From Eledone cirrhosa (lineage: Eukaryota), in contig OZ024754.1 of the NCBI GenBank assembly GCA_964016885.1, positions 10,540,001 to 10,604,000 of the forward strand: a stretch of 64,000 nucleotides of DNA, written 5' to 3'. Made by a program: the position numbers and the translations under genes. How positions within the stretch are numbered: the first letter of the stretch is position 1; each line of letters starts with the position of its first letter. Of this stretch, positions 43,938 to 58,717 are shown piece after piece. The notes beneath the pieces are model-generated. The model saw only the letters and a program-made list of their open reading frames with translations. It did no database searches and had not been told where the DNA came from.

Positions 43938-44185
43938 CTAATCCATGTGGTGGGTGATAGCGTTTATTGGGATGATCTGACAAAGGTGGGTTTGGAGGCT
44001 GGAACGGGCTAGATGCTGAAGCTGGTCGAAGCAGTTGGCCTGATTGTGGCCGCTGGGCTTGATAACGCTGCGCATACTGTACAGGAGCGACTTGGTGGTG
44101 ACGGATCTGTTGTCGAGATTCTCGTTCTTGGATTTGCTGGAAATTGCGTTTCAACGTAGATTCACCAGGTATTTGTAGTATTGAG
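43938..44185 (-). CDS. MAP4K4: Intermediate-region exon (SSILQIPGESTLKRNFQQIQERESRQQ...PPHGL)
   Basis: PGESTL(K/R)R motif; lies within track ORF 43843..44223; TAG acceptor, GTGAG donor; 248 nt. Confidence 0.92.
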
Positions 44186-44493
44186 CTAAAAACATACAAT
44201 AAACGATATAACGGTGAACACAAATTCTAATAAAGTAATTATTCAACAAGATATTTCATATCTAATCTTTGTAAGTTATCACCGTTTCTTTTGTCTATTT
44301 GCTCTAATCCTCTTAGGTCTAGTATTTTCTATCTTCTATATCTACCATCTATCATAACCAGGTCATAATATTCCTCCACCTTGTAACATATTTAAAGGAG
44401 AGGCTCGGTCCATCTAATCATCAAGAAAAACTAACTTCTAAATTTATGTCAACCGAGAAACAAACCACTATACTTGTACTGTTCATTATTTAA

Positions 44494-44822
44494 CCTTTTA
44501 GCATTTAAACTGGCCATATCCAGCCAGAATTCTCTCACCTCTTTCTGTTCAAACTGGCTGTAACCGGCCGCTCATACAGATGTTAAGTTATGATTCTCAA
44601 AATAAATAATATCAAAATCTCGTAGATTCGATATTATGTGAAAAAATTGTTTCTACTTTTGGCACAAGGCCAGTTATTACCCAGTACATTACTGGTACTT
44701 TATTTTATCGACCCCATAAGGATGAAAGGCAAAGTTAACCTCGGCGGGATTAATGTGAGAAAGCCTTTACAATGAAAATGCAATAGTAAATATAGAGTAA
44801 GAGTAATGTTAATACTAAAGAG
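44494..44822. mobile_element. piggyBac-like MITE with a partial SINE insert
   Basis: Degenerate TTAACCTTTTAGCATTT...TAAAGAGTTAA ends; body similar to the other copies. Confidence 0.6.
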
Positions 44823-44837
44823 TTAAGTCAACTAAAT

Positions 44838-45022
44838 AATTGTTTCTACTTTTTGGCACAAGGCCAGCAATTACTCAGTACATTACTGGTACTTTATTTT
44901 ATCGACCTCGTAAGGATGAAAGGCAAAGTTAACCTCGGCGGGATTTGAACTCAGATCCTAAAGGGACGTAACTATGCTGAAAAGCATGTCTGACCCGCTA
45001 CCGATACTGCCAATTCACCGCC
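44838..45022 (-). mobile_element. SINE family A copy
   Basis: Full-length reverse complement of the family A sequence. Confidence 0.8.
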
Positions 45023-45064
45023 GGTCAACTAAATAATAGAAGCAGCTATCTATTTCTTGAATCA

Positions 45065-46566
45065 TCCTGTAAGGTGGCTGTGCTCATGACAACAAAAACT
45101 ACCCAGTGTACCTTGAAAGGCAGTCATGTGGGTGATATGACAAAAAGTACCACATCCACCCTGTAAGGTGGTTTTGCTGCTGACATGACAAAAAGAACCC
45201 AGACAACCATGTAATTGTGGTCATGGTGATGACATGACAAAAAAAAACATCCAGTCCATCCATCCTGTAAGGTGGTCATGTTGGTAACACAACAAAAAGG
45301 TACCCAGTTCACCCAGTAGATAGTCATACTGGTAACATGACAAAAAAAAGCAGCCAGTCCACCCAGAAGAAGGTCATACTGGTAACATGACATAAAAAGT
45401 ACCCAGTCCACCCAGAAGGTCATACTGGTAACATGGTAACATGTCAAAAAAAAGCAGCCAGTCCACCCAGAAGATGTTCATACTGGTAACATGACATAAA
45501 AAGCAGCCAGTCCACCCACTACATGGTGATACTGGTAACAAAACAAAAAAAGTACCCAGTCCACCCAGAAGATGGTCATACTGGTAACATGGTAACATGT
45601 CAAAAAAAGCACCCAGTCCATTGTCAGATGGTCATACTGGTAACGTGACATAAGAAGCACCCAGTCCATTGTCAGATGGTCATACTGGTAACATGGCAAC
45701 ATGTCAAAAAAAGCAGCCAGTCCATTGTCAGATGGTCATACTGGTAACATGACATAAGAAGCACCCAGTCCATTGTCAGATGGTCATACTGGTAACATGG
45801 TAACATGTCAAAAAAAGCAGCCAGTCCATTGTCAGATGGTCATACTGGTAACATGACATAAGAAGCACCCAGTCCATTGTCAGATGGTCATACAGGTAAC
45901 ATGGTAACATGTCAAAAAAAGCAGCCAGTCCATTGTCAGATGGTCATACTGGTAACATGACATAAGAAGCACCCAGTCCATTGTCAGATGGTCATACAGG
46001 TAACATGGTAACATGTCAAAAAAAGCAGCCAGTCCATTGTCAGATGGTCATACTGGTAACATGACATAAGAAGCACCCAGTCCATTGTCAGATGGTCATA
46101 CAGGTAACATGGTAACATGTCAAAAAAAGCAGCCAGTCCATTGTCAGATGGTCATACTGGTAACATGACATAAGAAGCACCCAGTCCATTGTCAGATGGT
46201 CATACAGGTAACATGGTAACATGTCAAAAAAAGCAGCCAGTCCATTGTCAGATGGTCATACTGGTAACATGACATAAGAAGCACCCAGTCCATTGTCAGA
46301 TGGTCATACAGGTAACATGGTAACATGTCAAAAAAAGCAGCCAGTCCATTGTCAGATGGTCATACTGGTAACATGACATAAGAAGCACCCAGTCCATTGT
46401 CAGATGGTCATACAGGTAACATGGTAACATGTCAAAAAAAGCAGCCAGTCCATTGTCAGATGGTCATACTGGTAACATGACATAAGAAGCACCCAGTCCA
46501 TTGTCAGATGGTCATACTGGTAACATGGTAACATGTCAAAAAAATGCAGCCAGTCCATTGTCAGAA
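45065..46566. repeat. Minisatellite with a 104-bp higher-order dimer unit
   Basis: GTCAAAAAAAGCAGCC recurs at 45911 and 46015 (104-bp period); degenerate monomers of about 48-56 bp lie upstream. Confidence 0.9.
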
Positions 46567-46721
46567 GGTCCTATTTAGTGCCACAATAAAAAGCCACCAA
46601 GTCGATGGCGTAATGTGGTTGGCATTAGTAAAGATACACATTGGTAGAAACCACGCCAGAAACAGGTTAAGATGGGACCGACAAAGACAAGTTTTATTCA
46701 GTAGAAATACACGAGACGAAC

Positions 46722-46803
46722 CTCGATTCTCCAGGTAAAGCATTATCATCTTCTTCTTCATTATCACTTCCTTCATATTCATATTCGGTTTCATGATCAT
46801 CAA
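46722..46803 (-). CDS. MAP4K4: Acidic linker exon ([27 protein letters not shown])
   Basis: ETEYEYxGS acidic motif of the Msn/MAP4K4 family; TAG acceptor, GTTCGT donor; 82 nt, phases 1 to 2 fit both neighbours. Confidence 0.9.
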
Positions 46804-46829
46804 CTACAATAACAGCAACATTAATTGTA

Positions 46830-46909
46830 ATATATATATATATAACTTTATATATATATAACTTTATATATATATATCTTTATATTTATATACACAAACA
46901 CACACACAG

Positions 46910-46978
<69 letters not shown>

Positions 46979-46991
46979 TATACATACAGAT

Positions 46992-47023
<32 letters not shown>

Positions 47024-47145
47024 CTTTATATACAAACACACACATATACATACATACAGACAGATACATATACACACACACATATATATATATATATATA
47101 TCTTTATATACAAACACACACATATACATACATACAGATACATAT

Positions 47146-47188
<43 letters not shown>

Positions 47189-48640
47189 CATACATACATA
47201 CATACATATGCACACAAACACATACATATATATACATACAGATAGATACATATATACACACATACATACACATATATACATACACATATACATACGTATA
47301 TATATAGATACACATATACATACATATATGAATGAATATATATATAGAGAGATAGATACACATATACATATATATATATACATACATACATACACTTATA
47401 TATATACATACATACATACACTTATATATATACATACATACATACACATATATATACATACATACATACATACACTTATATACATACATACATACATACA
47501 CATATATATACATACATACATATACATACATACACATATATATATACATACATACACATATATATATACATACATACACATATATATATACATACATACA
47601 CATATATATATACATACATACACATATATATATACATACATACACATATATATATACATACATACACATATATATACATACATACACATATATATATACA
47701 TACATACACATATATATATACATACATACACATACATACATACATACATACACATACATACATACACATATATATACATACATACACATATACTTACATA
47801 CACATATACATACATACACATATATATATATATATACATACACATATACTTACATACACATATACATACATACACATATATATATATATACATACACATA
47901 TATATACATATATATATACATATATACACACATATATATACATAGATACACATATATATATACATAGATACACATATATATATACATAGATACACATATA
48001 TATATACATAGATACACATATATATATATACATAGATACACATATATATATACATAGATACACATATATATATACATAGATACACATATATATATACATA
48101 GATACATACACACACATATATATATATATATACACACATATATATATACACATATACATACATAGATACATACACATATATATATACATAGATACATACA
48201 CATATATATATATACATAGATACATACACATATATATATACATAGATACATACACATATATATATACATAGATACATACACATATATATATACATAGATA
48301 CATACACATATATATATACATACATACATACACATATATATATACATACATACATACACATATATATATACATAGATACATACACATATATATATACATA
48401 GATACATACACATATATATATACATAGATACATACACATATATATATACATAGATACATACACATATATATATACATAGATACATACACATATATATATA
48501 CATACACATATATACATACACATATATATATACATACATACATACACATATATACATATATATATATACACACATACACACATGTATATACATACACACC
48601 CACATATATATATATATGTATATACACACACACACACACT
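46830..48640. repeat. About 1.8 kb TA/CA compound microsatellite filling most of an intron
   Basis: Direct reading. Confidence 0.95.
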
Positions 48641-48733
48641 CAGTTCAACTGAAGTGTATTTTAGCTCCCTTGTATTTCACAACCTGAACTATGATAGGAG
48701 ACTATAGAATACTTCCAAATGTAGATGGTGTCT

Positions 48734-48787
<54 letters not shown>

Positions 48788-48822
48788 TAGAGAAGAAGAC
48801 ATATAGTTCAATTGGGGTATTA

Positions 48823-49047
<225 letters not shown>

Positions 49048-49749
49048 TCAAAAGTGCTTAGATTTCTTATGGCCTTTTACGTTCTTTAATTTTTCTATTT
49101 TTTTTTTTTTTTTTGTTAAAGATTAACCATCTTGTTACTATATTTCTAAAGAAAGTTACTGCCTAGAATTTTTCAAATTATTTTGAATATAACGAAGAAT
49201 TTGGAAAGATTTAGTAATTTTACCAACATTGGTATTTCGAACATAACAGAGTATCTCGTATTCAATTATGATGGAAAGTATTTTAAAGAGATATAAACAT
49301 TTTAAAACAAAAAACAAGAATTGGGAAAGATAACCAATTTTTTTATTATTAAGCAGGTATTTCGAACATTAAAAAGATTCTTATATTAAATTATCATGGA
49401 AAGTAATTAGATAAAAATAAATACTTTAAAACAAAGTTTTGTGTTATAGAACCAGGGGCAGTTTTGGTATCAAAGGGATTATAAAAATGCATACTCTAAT
49501 ATTAAAAACTTATATAATCATTATTATATTTTAGAATTGAATTTTTTTGTTAAGTAATGCTCTAAATATCAGCTTAATACAAAGCCTTTTTAGCTTTTGT
49601 TTACAAACAGAGAATTTGTATCTCATATATATGTGTATTCATACATATATATATGTATTCAAACATATATATGTGTGTATTCATACGTATATATGTATTC
49701 ATACGTATATATGTATTCATACGTATATATGTATTCATACGTATATATA

Positions 49750-50278
49750 ATAATAATAATGAAATTATTGTGTACAGTGCTCAGGTGCACTACAACTCAT
49801 CAAAGGTGCATGTATAGTACATAGAATAATGTACAAATGTCAGGAAAATAAACAGTGTATGAGTCATGATATAATAACAATAACAATAATGAAATATTGT
49901 GTACAGTGCCCAGGTGCACCACAACTCATCAAAAAAGTGCATGTACAGTACATAGGGCAATGCACAAACATCAGTAAAATGAACAGTGCACGAGTCATGA
50001 TACACACATGTGTGCATGTGTATGGAAGGGGTACATCAGGTGTAGTTTTGGCGTATTTCGGGAAGCATGAGTGTCTTAAAGGATGCAGTGTCTCGGCAGC
50101 TAACAATTGACGCAGGCAGTTTGTTCCATGCTTCAGCAACTCTGAGCGTGAAAAAATGTCTGCGAAAGTCATGGGAGCTGTGCTGTTTTCTTATCTTGTA
50201 GGCATGTCCACGTGTGTTAGACACATGGAGATCAAAGAGGCGCTCAGGGTTGCAGTTGGCGAGATGGTTAAAAACTTT
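49750..50278 (-). mobile_element. CR1-clade LINE 3' end with (ATT)n tail
   Basis: NTRGHAYKIRKQHSSHDFRRHFFTLRVAEAWNKLP is the typical CR1/L2 C-terminus; second copy at about 33830-34080. Confidence 0.8.
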
Positions 50279-50755
50279 GGTTAAAAATTTTTTGAATATG
50301 TATTCATACGTATATATGTATTCATACGTTATGATTATATAGCTTCAAATTGAATGGAAATTTATGTGAGTGGCGTATTGTTGTCATGGTTACCACAGTG
50401 GCCTTAGTAGCCAGAGATGTGGGGTCGTGACCCATGTACGTCAATACTCATTCATTTTTCCATTCTGTGGGTTTTTATAACTCCAATTATTAGGCTAATT
50501 TATTTAGTCAAAAATACAACAGAGGCACTATTTCACTATCTAATTTTAAATTCTATTGGTAAAATATAAGTTAACCATATCTAAGAAAGCCTAATTTTCA
50601 CCTTGACTACTGAACTATCCACAATGAACTATCCACAATGAACTATCCACAATTTTTTTCATAATGTTAAATACAACAAAAAATGAAGAAAAAAAAAGAT
50701 TTTTAAAAATAAAAAAAAATTAAAAAAAAAGTTAAAAAAGGAAAAAAAAGTTTTA

Positions 50756-50944
<189 letters not shown>

Positions 50945-52439
50945 TTAATATCCTAAATAACCAAATATCCTATGATATCTAGCAATTAAATTCACTTTAA
51001 TGATTGTTCTTTATTAATATTCTGTTAAAGTGGTCATTTTAGTGCTGCAACAAAAAGTGCCCAAACCACACTGTAAAATGGTCATTTTGGTACCTCAATA
51101 AAAAGCATCCAGTCCATACTGTAAAGTGGTCATTTTTATGCCATGATAAAAAGAAACCCAGACCACACTATAAAGTGGTCATTTTGGTACCATAATAAAA
51201 AAGCACCCAGTCCACACTGTAAGGTGGTCGTTTTGTGCCATGATAAAAAGAAATCCAGACCACACTGTAAAGTGGTCATTTTGGTGTCACGACAAAAAGC
51301 ACTCAATCCACACTGTAACATTAGGAAGAGCATCCAGCCACAGAAACCAAGCAAGAAACAGTTCTGTATGAGCAAGATACAGTCATCTGATTTGACTTGT
51401 CTCATAACAGGACAACTCGCCTAACCCATGCTAGCATGGAAAATGGATGTTAAACAGTGGTGATGATGATGATAATGATGATTCTATAAATAGTTGATTT
51501 CATCTATTTACAAGTTCACAAGTAATGAAAATATTAAATATTGGCTAAACAAACATAAAATGGTGATAAAAACCCCAAATATTTTCATCACTAATTACTC
51601 TGTTAATGATACACATTTTACCAACAATATTGTTCTACACATTACTGACAAGCCATGGGTACAGGCCTAAGCTGAGGCACCCACCACACCCATACATCTC
51701 CCAGGAGGACAAGCTGAAGTATTCATCCAGTCCAGCCCACACTGTAACGTAGTCGTGGTAGTGACATGACAAAAAGCACCCAGCCCACACTGTAAAGTGG
51801 TTGTGTAGGTGTCACGGCAAAAAGCACCCAGTACTCACTGTAAATGAGGATGGTGCTAGGAAGGGTATCCAGATGTAGAACCAAACCCAAATCGGTTCTC
51901 TATGACATGGTCACCTGACCTGACATTGCTCACAACAAGATAACTCATCTAACCCATGCCAGCGTAGGAAAATGGATGTTAACGGTAATGATGATGATGA
52001 TGATTAAAGGTTTGTATGAATTATATAAGCACAAGCATGGTAATGTGGTTAAGGAGTTTGTTTCACAACCACATAGTTTAGGGCTAAGTTCCATGGCTTG
52101 GTACCATTAGCAAGTATCTTCTACTAATCTTAGGTTGACCAATGCCTTCAAAGTGAAATTTGGTAGACACAAACTGTGCAAAAATCCATTACGTGTGTCT
52201 GTGCATGTGTTTATGCTTATGTATGTGTGTGTGTGAGCATGTGTGAACATGTGTATGTGTGTGTGTGTTTATGCTTAAATGTTCAGGATAAAAAGAAAAG
52301 ATTGATAAAATAAGAGCCAGACTTCAAAAAAATAAACACTGGAGTTGATATGATCAACCAAATCCCTTCATGATGTTGCCCCATGGTTTAATGACTAAAG
52401 CCTGTAAAAGAGCAATAGCCAGCTCAGTTGTAGTCTAAT

Positions 52440-52625
52440 GACTGAAAGCAGTAAAAGAATAGTGCCCCAGCATGGCCATAGACTGAAATCAGTAAAAGAA
52501 TAATGCCCCAGCATGGCCACAGACTGAAACCAGTAAAAGAATAATGCCCCAGCATGACCACAGACTGAAACTAGTAAAAGAACAGTGCCCCAGCATGGCC
52601 ACAGACTGAAACCAGTAAAAGAACA
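52440..52625. repeat. 41-bp tandem repeat, about 4.5 copies, at a SINE tail
   Basis: Unit GACTGAAACCAGTAAAAGAATAATGCCCCAGCATGGCCACA. Confidence 0.85.
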
Positions 52626-52643
52626 AAAGAATAAACTACTTAC

Positions 52644-52698
52644 GGGGTTTGCCTTCTGCCATTTCTATGGCGGTGATACCCAGCGACCAAAGGTCACT
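52644..52698 (-). CDS. MAP4K4: Kinase exon (SDLWSLGITAIEMAEGKP)
   Basis: Subdomain IX; CAG acceptor, GTAAG donor; 55 nt. Confidence 0.97.
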
Positions 52699-52724
52699 CT
52701 GTAGAATAGATTAAATAAATATGT

Positions 52725-53271
52725 TAATAAATAATATCAAAATCTCAGATTCAATACTATGTGAGATATTATGTGAGGTAAAGCCTTTACTGCGAAAATA
52801 CAATAGTATATAGAGAGTAATGTAAATGTTATGCGAGATATTATGTGAGGTAAAGCCTTTACTGTGAAAATACAATAGTATATATAGAGTAATGTAAATG
52901 TTATGTGAGGTATTATGTGAGGTAAAGCCTTTACTGCGAAAATACAATAGTATATAGAGAGTAATGTAAATGTTATGCGAGATATTATGTGAGGTAAAGC
53001 CTTTACTGTGAAAATACAATAGTATATATAGAGTAATGTAAATGTTATGTGAGGTATTATGTGAGGTAAAGCCTTTACTGTGAAAATACAATAGTATATA
53101 GAGAGTAATGTAAATGTTATGTGAGATATTATGTGAGGTAAAGCCTTTACTGTGAAAATACAATAGTATATATAGAGTAATGTAAATGTTATGTGAGGTA
53201 TTATGTGAGGTAAAGCCTTTACTGCGAAAATACAATAGTAAATATAGAGTAATGTAAATGGTAAAGGGTTA
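52725..53271. repeat. 72-bp minisatellite, about 7 copies, derived from the piggyBac-like MITE end
   Basis: Unit matches the MITE subterminal sequence; array ends in AAAGGGTTA. Confidence 0.9.
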
Positions 53272-53282
53272 TAAACAGATTA

Positions 53283-53384
<102 letters not shown>

Positions 53385-55524
53385 TTAAGTTTAATATTTA
53401 TTATAAATGTTTATTAAGCTTAACATTTTAATAATATAAGACTGATTAAAATGATAAAAAATTAAAGCACAAATGATTGGTTATGCAGTATTTAAATATA
53501 ATTAGGTGCGTGAGAGTGTGTGAGAGAGATAGTGTGTGTGAGTGTGTGTGAGTGTGTGTGTGTACCTGGAACTTCTGTAACTTTGAAAGAAAATATTTAG
53601 GGACTGAGAACGACTATATGATAATGACATATTTCACATTCTACCTCAAGTTTGAAAACAGAAGATAAAAGGGTTAATAGTTTGATCCATAATGATTCAA
53701 CATTAAATAGAGACTACTTTGTTAAGGATATCAGATAGAAGAGAAGTGGGGGTTAACATCCTGCTCTCACTCTGATCAATCGACAAGATCCCAGACCTCA
53801 TTTGCTTGTCAAGTGAGAGGAACCTCATCAAATCAGACCAAGGAAACAATGTTTCCATTGATCATTCCATTACTGATACTATCTACCAGTCACAACTCCT
53901 GGCAGAAGGGGCAAAGTGAAATATAGTGTCTTTCTTGCTCAAAGACAACGCATCACCCGGTCCGAGAACTGAACTCGCAAACTCACAATTGCTAACCAAC
54001 AATTGCTAAACCATGAAGCCACGTGCCTTCACATCTAATAAAAAATAATCAGTATATACATAGAACATTTAATCTCCATCTGAAAGTTTACTGATAGAGA
54101 AGGCCATAACTGCAAATCCATAAAGTAAACTCTTCCAAAGAGATTATTAAATATAGTCAATGGTAGAACTTAATTAGTGTTGCTGATTGGATTAGGAGAA
54201 TGTTATCTTCAACATAAACAGTTCTCTATGCCAAGATGAGTTGAATATACCGACTAGAATATCTATAGAATGTAAGTTATTTCAATGGAGGATTTGTTTT
54301 GTTTTCTAAGATAAAAACATTATACATGATTCAGTGTAAAAGATAACAGATTGAGTGCTTGCATGCATGATATATGCAGTGTTGATAATATAATGTAATT
54401 TAGCAGGTAAGACAGAATAGCTACAATGAATGGTTACAAACAACAGAAATTAAGTTAATATGGGAAGAGAAAATGATTAACCCTTTTGGTATTAAACTGC
54501 CTGAAACTGCCCCTTGTTTTATGATACAAAGCTGTTTAACCCTTTGGAGGCAAACCCTTTTCACAAGCCCTACAGAGGGAATGGACTTAGCTTTTCAAAA
54601 AAAATAATAAAAAATAAAGTGCATGATGAATAAATCACAAAACACAGCAAACTACCATGGAAGCTGCCATTGAAAGACCCAGATATGCAAGAAGCAATCT
54701 GACAGGCTGGTCTTCATACCATCCAGCTAATCTCAAGGCTTGTGTTATCGGGCCGATAGATCAGCCCTGTCGTCTCCTAAGGGTTAAAGTTTTTAAAGTG
54801 TATTTATCTAAAAACATTCCATCAATTTTATATAAGAACATTTGTTAAGTAATGCTCTAAACACTGGCTTAATAATGAGAAAATTAGTTATATTACTAAA
54901 CCCTTCCAAAGTCTTGGTTAGTTTCAAAATTATTTTAAAATCATAGGTAGTGGCTTTCATTAAAAATGTAATAATGGCCTTGAGTGCAGGCATTAGGTCT
55001 GGGTGAAACCTGGACACGAGACAATAGGAATTGAAAAACTCATACAGCAACAAATGCTGTGCAGGTTGGACGAGTTGTTGATGACAGTATTAGTGACAGC
55101 TGTGATGGTCGTGAAGACAGGGAAGATGGTATAAAAGTAAGGGTAAAAACCCTCTTAAGTCACGAATGACCATGGGATTTTCTCCTAGAAAGTTTCCCTC
55201 CAAGGAACAAGTCCAGGCAAGGTTGTTTGTGAAAGACCAACAGTCACCCATACATACCAGTCTCCCCCTCTCCACACCACCGATGTTGTCCAAGGGAAAG
55301 GCTATGACTGATACAGCTTGGCACCAGTGACGTCACAACTTATTTCTATAGCTGAGTGAACTGGAGCAACGTGAAATAAAGTGTCTTGCTCAAGGACAAC
55401 ACAAAGCCCGATCCGAGAATCAAACTCACAATCTCATGAGTGTAAGCCCCGGAGAGTTAAGTGGTAAAGTTGTTTGTAGAACAGGTGTCTCGTTTCAGGA
55501 TAGCTTCATTCTCTCACCCTTACA

Positions 55525-55850
55525 CCAATCATGGAGGCTCTGAAAAGGGTCAAGGGCACTGCCTCCCCCCACCCCTCAATCATGGAGGCTGTGAAAAGGG
55601 TTGTGGACACTGTGTGTGTGTGTCCACACACACACTCACAGACCAATCATGGAGGCTGTGAAAAGGGTCATGGACACTGCCCCCCCCCCACACACACACA
55701 CACACACCACCAATCATGAAGGCTGTGAAAAGGGCTGTCCTCACTGCCCCCGCCCCACACACCAATCATGGAGGCTGTGAAAAGGGTCATGGACACTGCC
55801 CCCCCCCCTCCCACACCAATCATGGAGGCTGTGAAAAGGGTCATGGACAC
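55525..55850. repeat. Degenerate repeat of about 55-65 bp, 6 copies
   Basis: CAATCATGGAGGCTGTGAAAAGGG core separated by variable C/CA spacers. Confidence 0.85.
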
Positions 55851-55889
55851 AGTAACAGTGACGGTGCTGACATACAATAGAAATACCTA

Positions 55890-56021
<132 letters not shown>

Positions 56022-56043
56022 TTAACAGTGTGTTATCAACATA

Positions 56044-56119
56044 CAGGCTGTCCCCAAAAAATGTATACACATTTTTATTAAAATGTTGAATTGTGTATAC
56101 ATTTTTCGGGAACACCCTG
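56044..56119. mobile_element. 76-bp Tc1/mariner-like micro-MITE
   Basis: TA|CAGGCTGTCCCCAAAAAATGTATACACA...TGTGTATACATTTTTCGGGAACACCCTG|TA. Confidence 0.6.
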
Positions 56120-56223
56120 TATTTATGGTAATGCAAACCTGATGTTAGTGTTAATTTAATTTCTTTGCTTTTTTTTTTTTTTTATTAGACATGCATATGT
56201 TGTTGTTATTGTTTAACTCCAGG

Positions 56224-56410
56224 GCGGTGGATTGGCAGTATCGGTAGAGGGTCGGTCGCCATGCTTTCCAGCATAGTTACGTCCCTTTACGATCTGAGTT
56301 CAAATCCCGCCGAGGTTGACTTTGCCTTTCATCCTTACGGGGTCGATAAAATAAAGTACCAGTAATGTACTGGGTAATTGCTGGCCTTGTGCCTAAAGTA
56401 GAAACAGTTA
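56224..56410 (+). mobile_element. SINE family A copy with apparent target duplication
   Basis: Flanked on both sides by GTTATTGTTTAACTCCAGG. Confidence 0.85.
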
Positions 56411-57482
56411 TTGTTTAACTCCAGGTCGGCTCTGCACAAGCAAACATAATAAAAGACTTTCCAGCCACCATCATCCTATCCCCCCACCCTAGATTCCTCC
56501 TCCCTTTTTTAAAGACAGTAGTAGGGGAGTGGGGGTGATATGAGGGAGATTTGGCTGCTATTTTTAGCAGGTCGATTGATCACAGTGATATAGTGGCTTC
56601 CCTGTTATTTTGCCATATGTCAATAAATCAACCAAGGAATATAAAAGAGTCCCTGTTATTTAGCTAGCTAGAGTAGAACAAGACAAGTGTTGTTCCTAGT
56701 CTTGAGTGTAGCAATGATTGGGGATGAATTGAACCTATTATTTCCCACAACCAATTCCGATAATCTATGGAATCGGTTAATATTAGCAGCTTAACTACAC
56801 ACAATATAATTTAATGTCGACATCATTGATGCCTTGACATTTCTATTCCTCTGATATTGACGTACGAGTAAATCAGACGAGTTGAAAAGAGAAGAGAAAC
56901 ATTCCTAGATATTTAATCCATTAATCTTAGCTCACAGGTATATCTATCTACAAACACCTCCCCTAACACCCTTTTAGACATACTTTGCAACACCTCCATT
57001 TCTACTGTTACAAGATTTCATCTATTATACAAAACCCAATTCTCAGCACCTCACAATGCATCACTTTAAAAGATAAATGTGTTGCAGAGTTTAGTCAAAG
57101 CCCTGGAACGCATGTCATAGAATATTATATCCATCTTATTCACCATATTCTACTTGACTTCAATAATTGAAGCCTGCTCTCTTTTATCACAGTCATATTG
57201 AACAGTAGATCAAACAATGTATAACATATAATATACATTCACAGTTCAAAAGAAACCATTTCTGTCAAAATAAAATTTTTGAAAGCCTATTCTAGTTCCA
57301 CTGGCAAACTTTAAGTATGTCCTCTAGGTATCAGAATTTATCTGATATTTTAATCTGCTCAGTATTTCTTTTCTACAGTCTCCGCCTGCTCACAAATACA
57401 CACAAATGTATAGAGACAAGGATACTGATATTTTAAAGTAACTTTTTGACAAGCATTAAGAAACATCATCCTCATTGTTTAA

Positions 57483-57705
57483 CCCTTTAGCATTTAAACC
57501 GGCCATATCCAACCAGAAGTCTCTCATCTCTTTCTGTTCAAACCAGCCATAACCAACTGCTCATACTTATGTTACAGTATTGTTCTCAAAATAAATAATA
57601 TCAAAATTTCATAGATTTGATACTGTATGAGATAATTATGTAAGATAAAGCCTTTACCACAAAAATACATTAGTATATATATAGAGTAATGTAAATATTA
57701 AAGGG
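57483..57705. mobile_element. piggyBac-like MITE, uninterrupted copy
   Basis: TTAA|CCCTTTAGCATTTA...AAAGGG|TTAA. Confidence 0.7.
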
Positions 57706-57861
57706 TTAAAATTCTAAAGCACATCTAACCATTCCAGATGTAAGAAGAATAAACCAACATGTCCAAATCTCATCTGTGGAGAAAATCTGTAACTTTTCAA
57801 TATTAAATCCTTCTATCCCATCCTCAGTCATCTACTGGGATGATATTAAAATGCTTTTTAA

Positions 57862-58042
57862 CCCTTTAGCATTTACATTACACTACCTATTTACTATTAT
57901 ATTTTCGGATCTATGAAATTTTGATGATATTTATTTTGAGAACAATACCTTAATGCTGGTATAAGCGGTCAGTTACGGCCAGTTTGAACAGAAAGAGGTG
58001 AGAGTGTTCTGGCTAGATATGGCTGGTTTAAATACTAAAGGG
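57862..58042. mobile_element. piggyBac-like MITE, opposite orientation to 57483-57705
   Basis: TTAA|CCCTTTAGCATTTAC...CTAAAGGG; reverse-complement similarity to the neighbouring copy. Confidence 0.65.
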
Positions 58043-58149
58043 TTTAAAGAAGGCCAATGCTGAGACTGTGCGAGATTATAAAGTCCCCTGGACACCAAAA
58101 GAAATAGTACCATTGGTATTCCTTAACTTAATTCTACAATTCTAAAAAG

Positions 58150-58432
58150 TCTAAAGTCTGTCTTAAGCCAGAAGGCTCATTTAGCCCGTGCTTATCCCGG
58201 TTTCATGGCGTGAAGCAACAGAGTACAAGACTCCCCACTAGACAGGACGCCAGTCCATCGCAGAGTTTAAACCCCCAGCTATCACTGGTACTCATTTTCA
58301 GCTGAGTATACTGGAGCAACATGAAATGAAGTGTTTTGCTCAAGAACACAACACGCAACCTAGTCCTGGAATCGAACCCACAACATTATGATTGTGAGTC
58401 CAACACCCTTACCACTAGGCTATGTGCCTCCA
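58150..58432 (-). mobile_element. tRNA-derived SINE family B
   Basis: Reverse-complement match to 29049-29340. Confidence 0.75.
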
Positions 58433-58456
58433 CAATTCTACAATTACATATCATTA

Positions 58457-58612
<156 letters not shown>

Positions 58613-58717
58613 TTAGACATGTAAAAATATATATACTTTCAAAATAAAGACGAGAATCTTTGATAAATATAACTGCAACAGATATTTCTATTATATATAT
58701 ATATATATATATATATA

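Noticed and set aside
55525-55850. Conserved repeat with variable spacers resembling CRISPR
   Set aside because: Spacers are low-complexity C/CA slippage variants of each other, so this is a degenerate minisatellite
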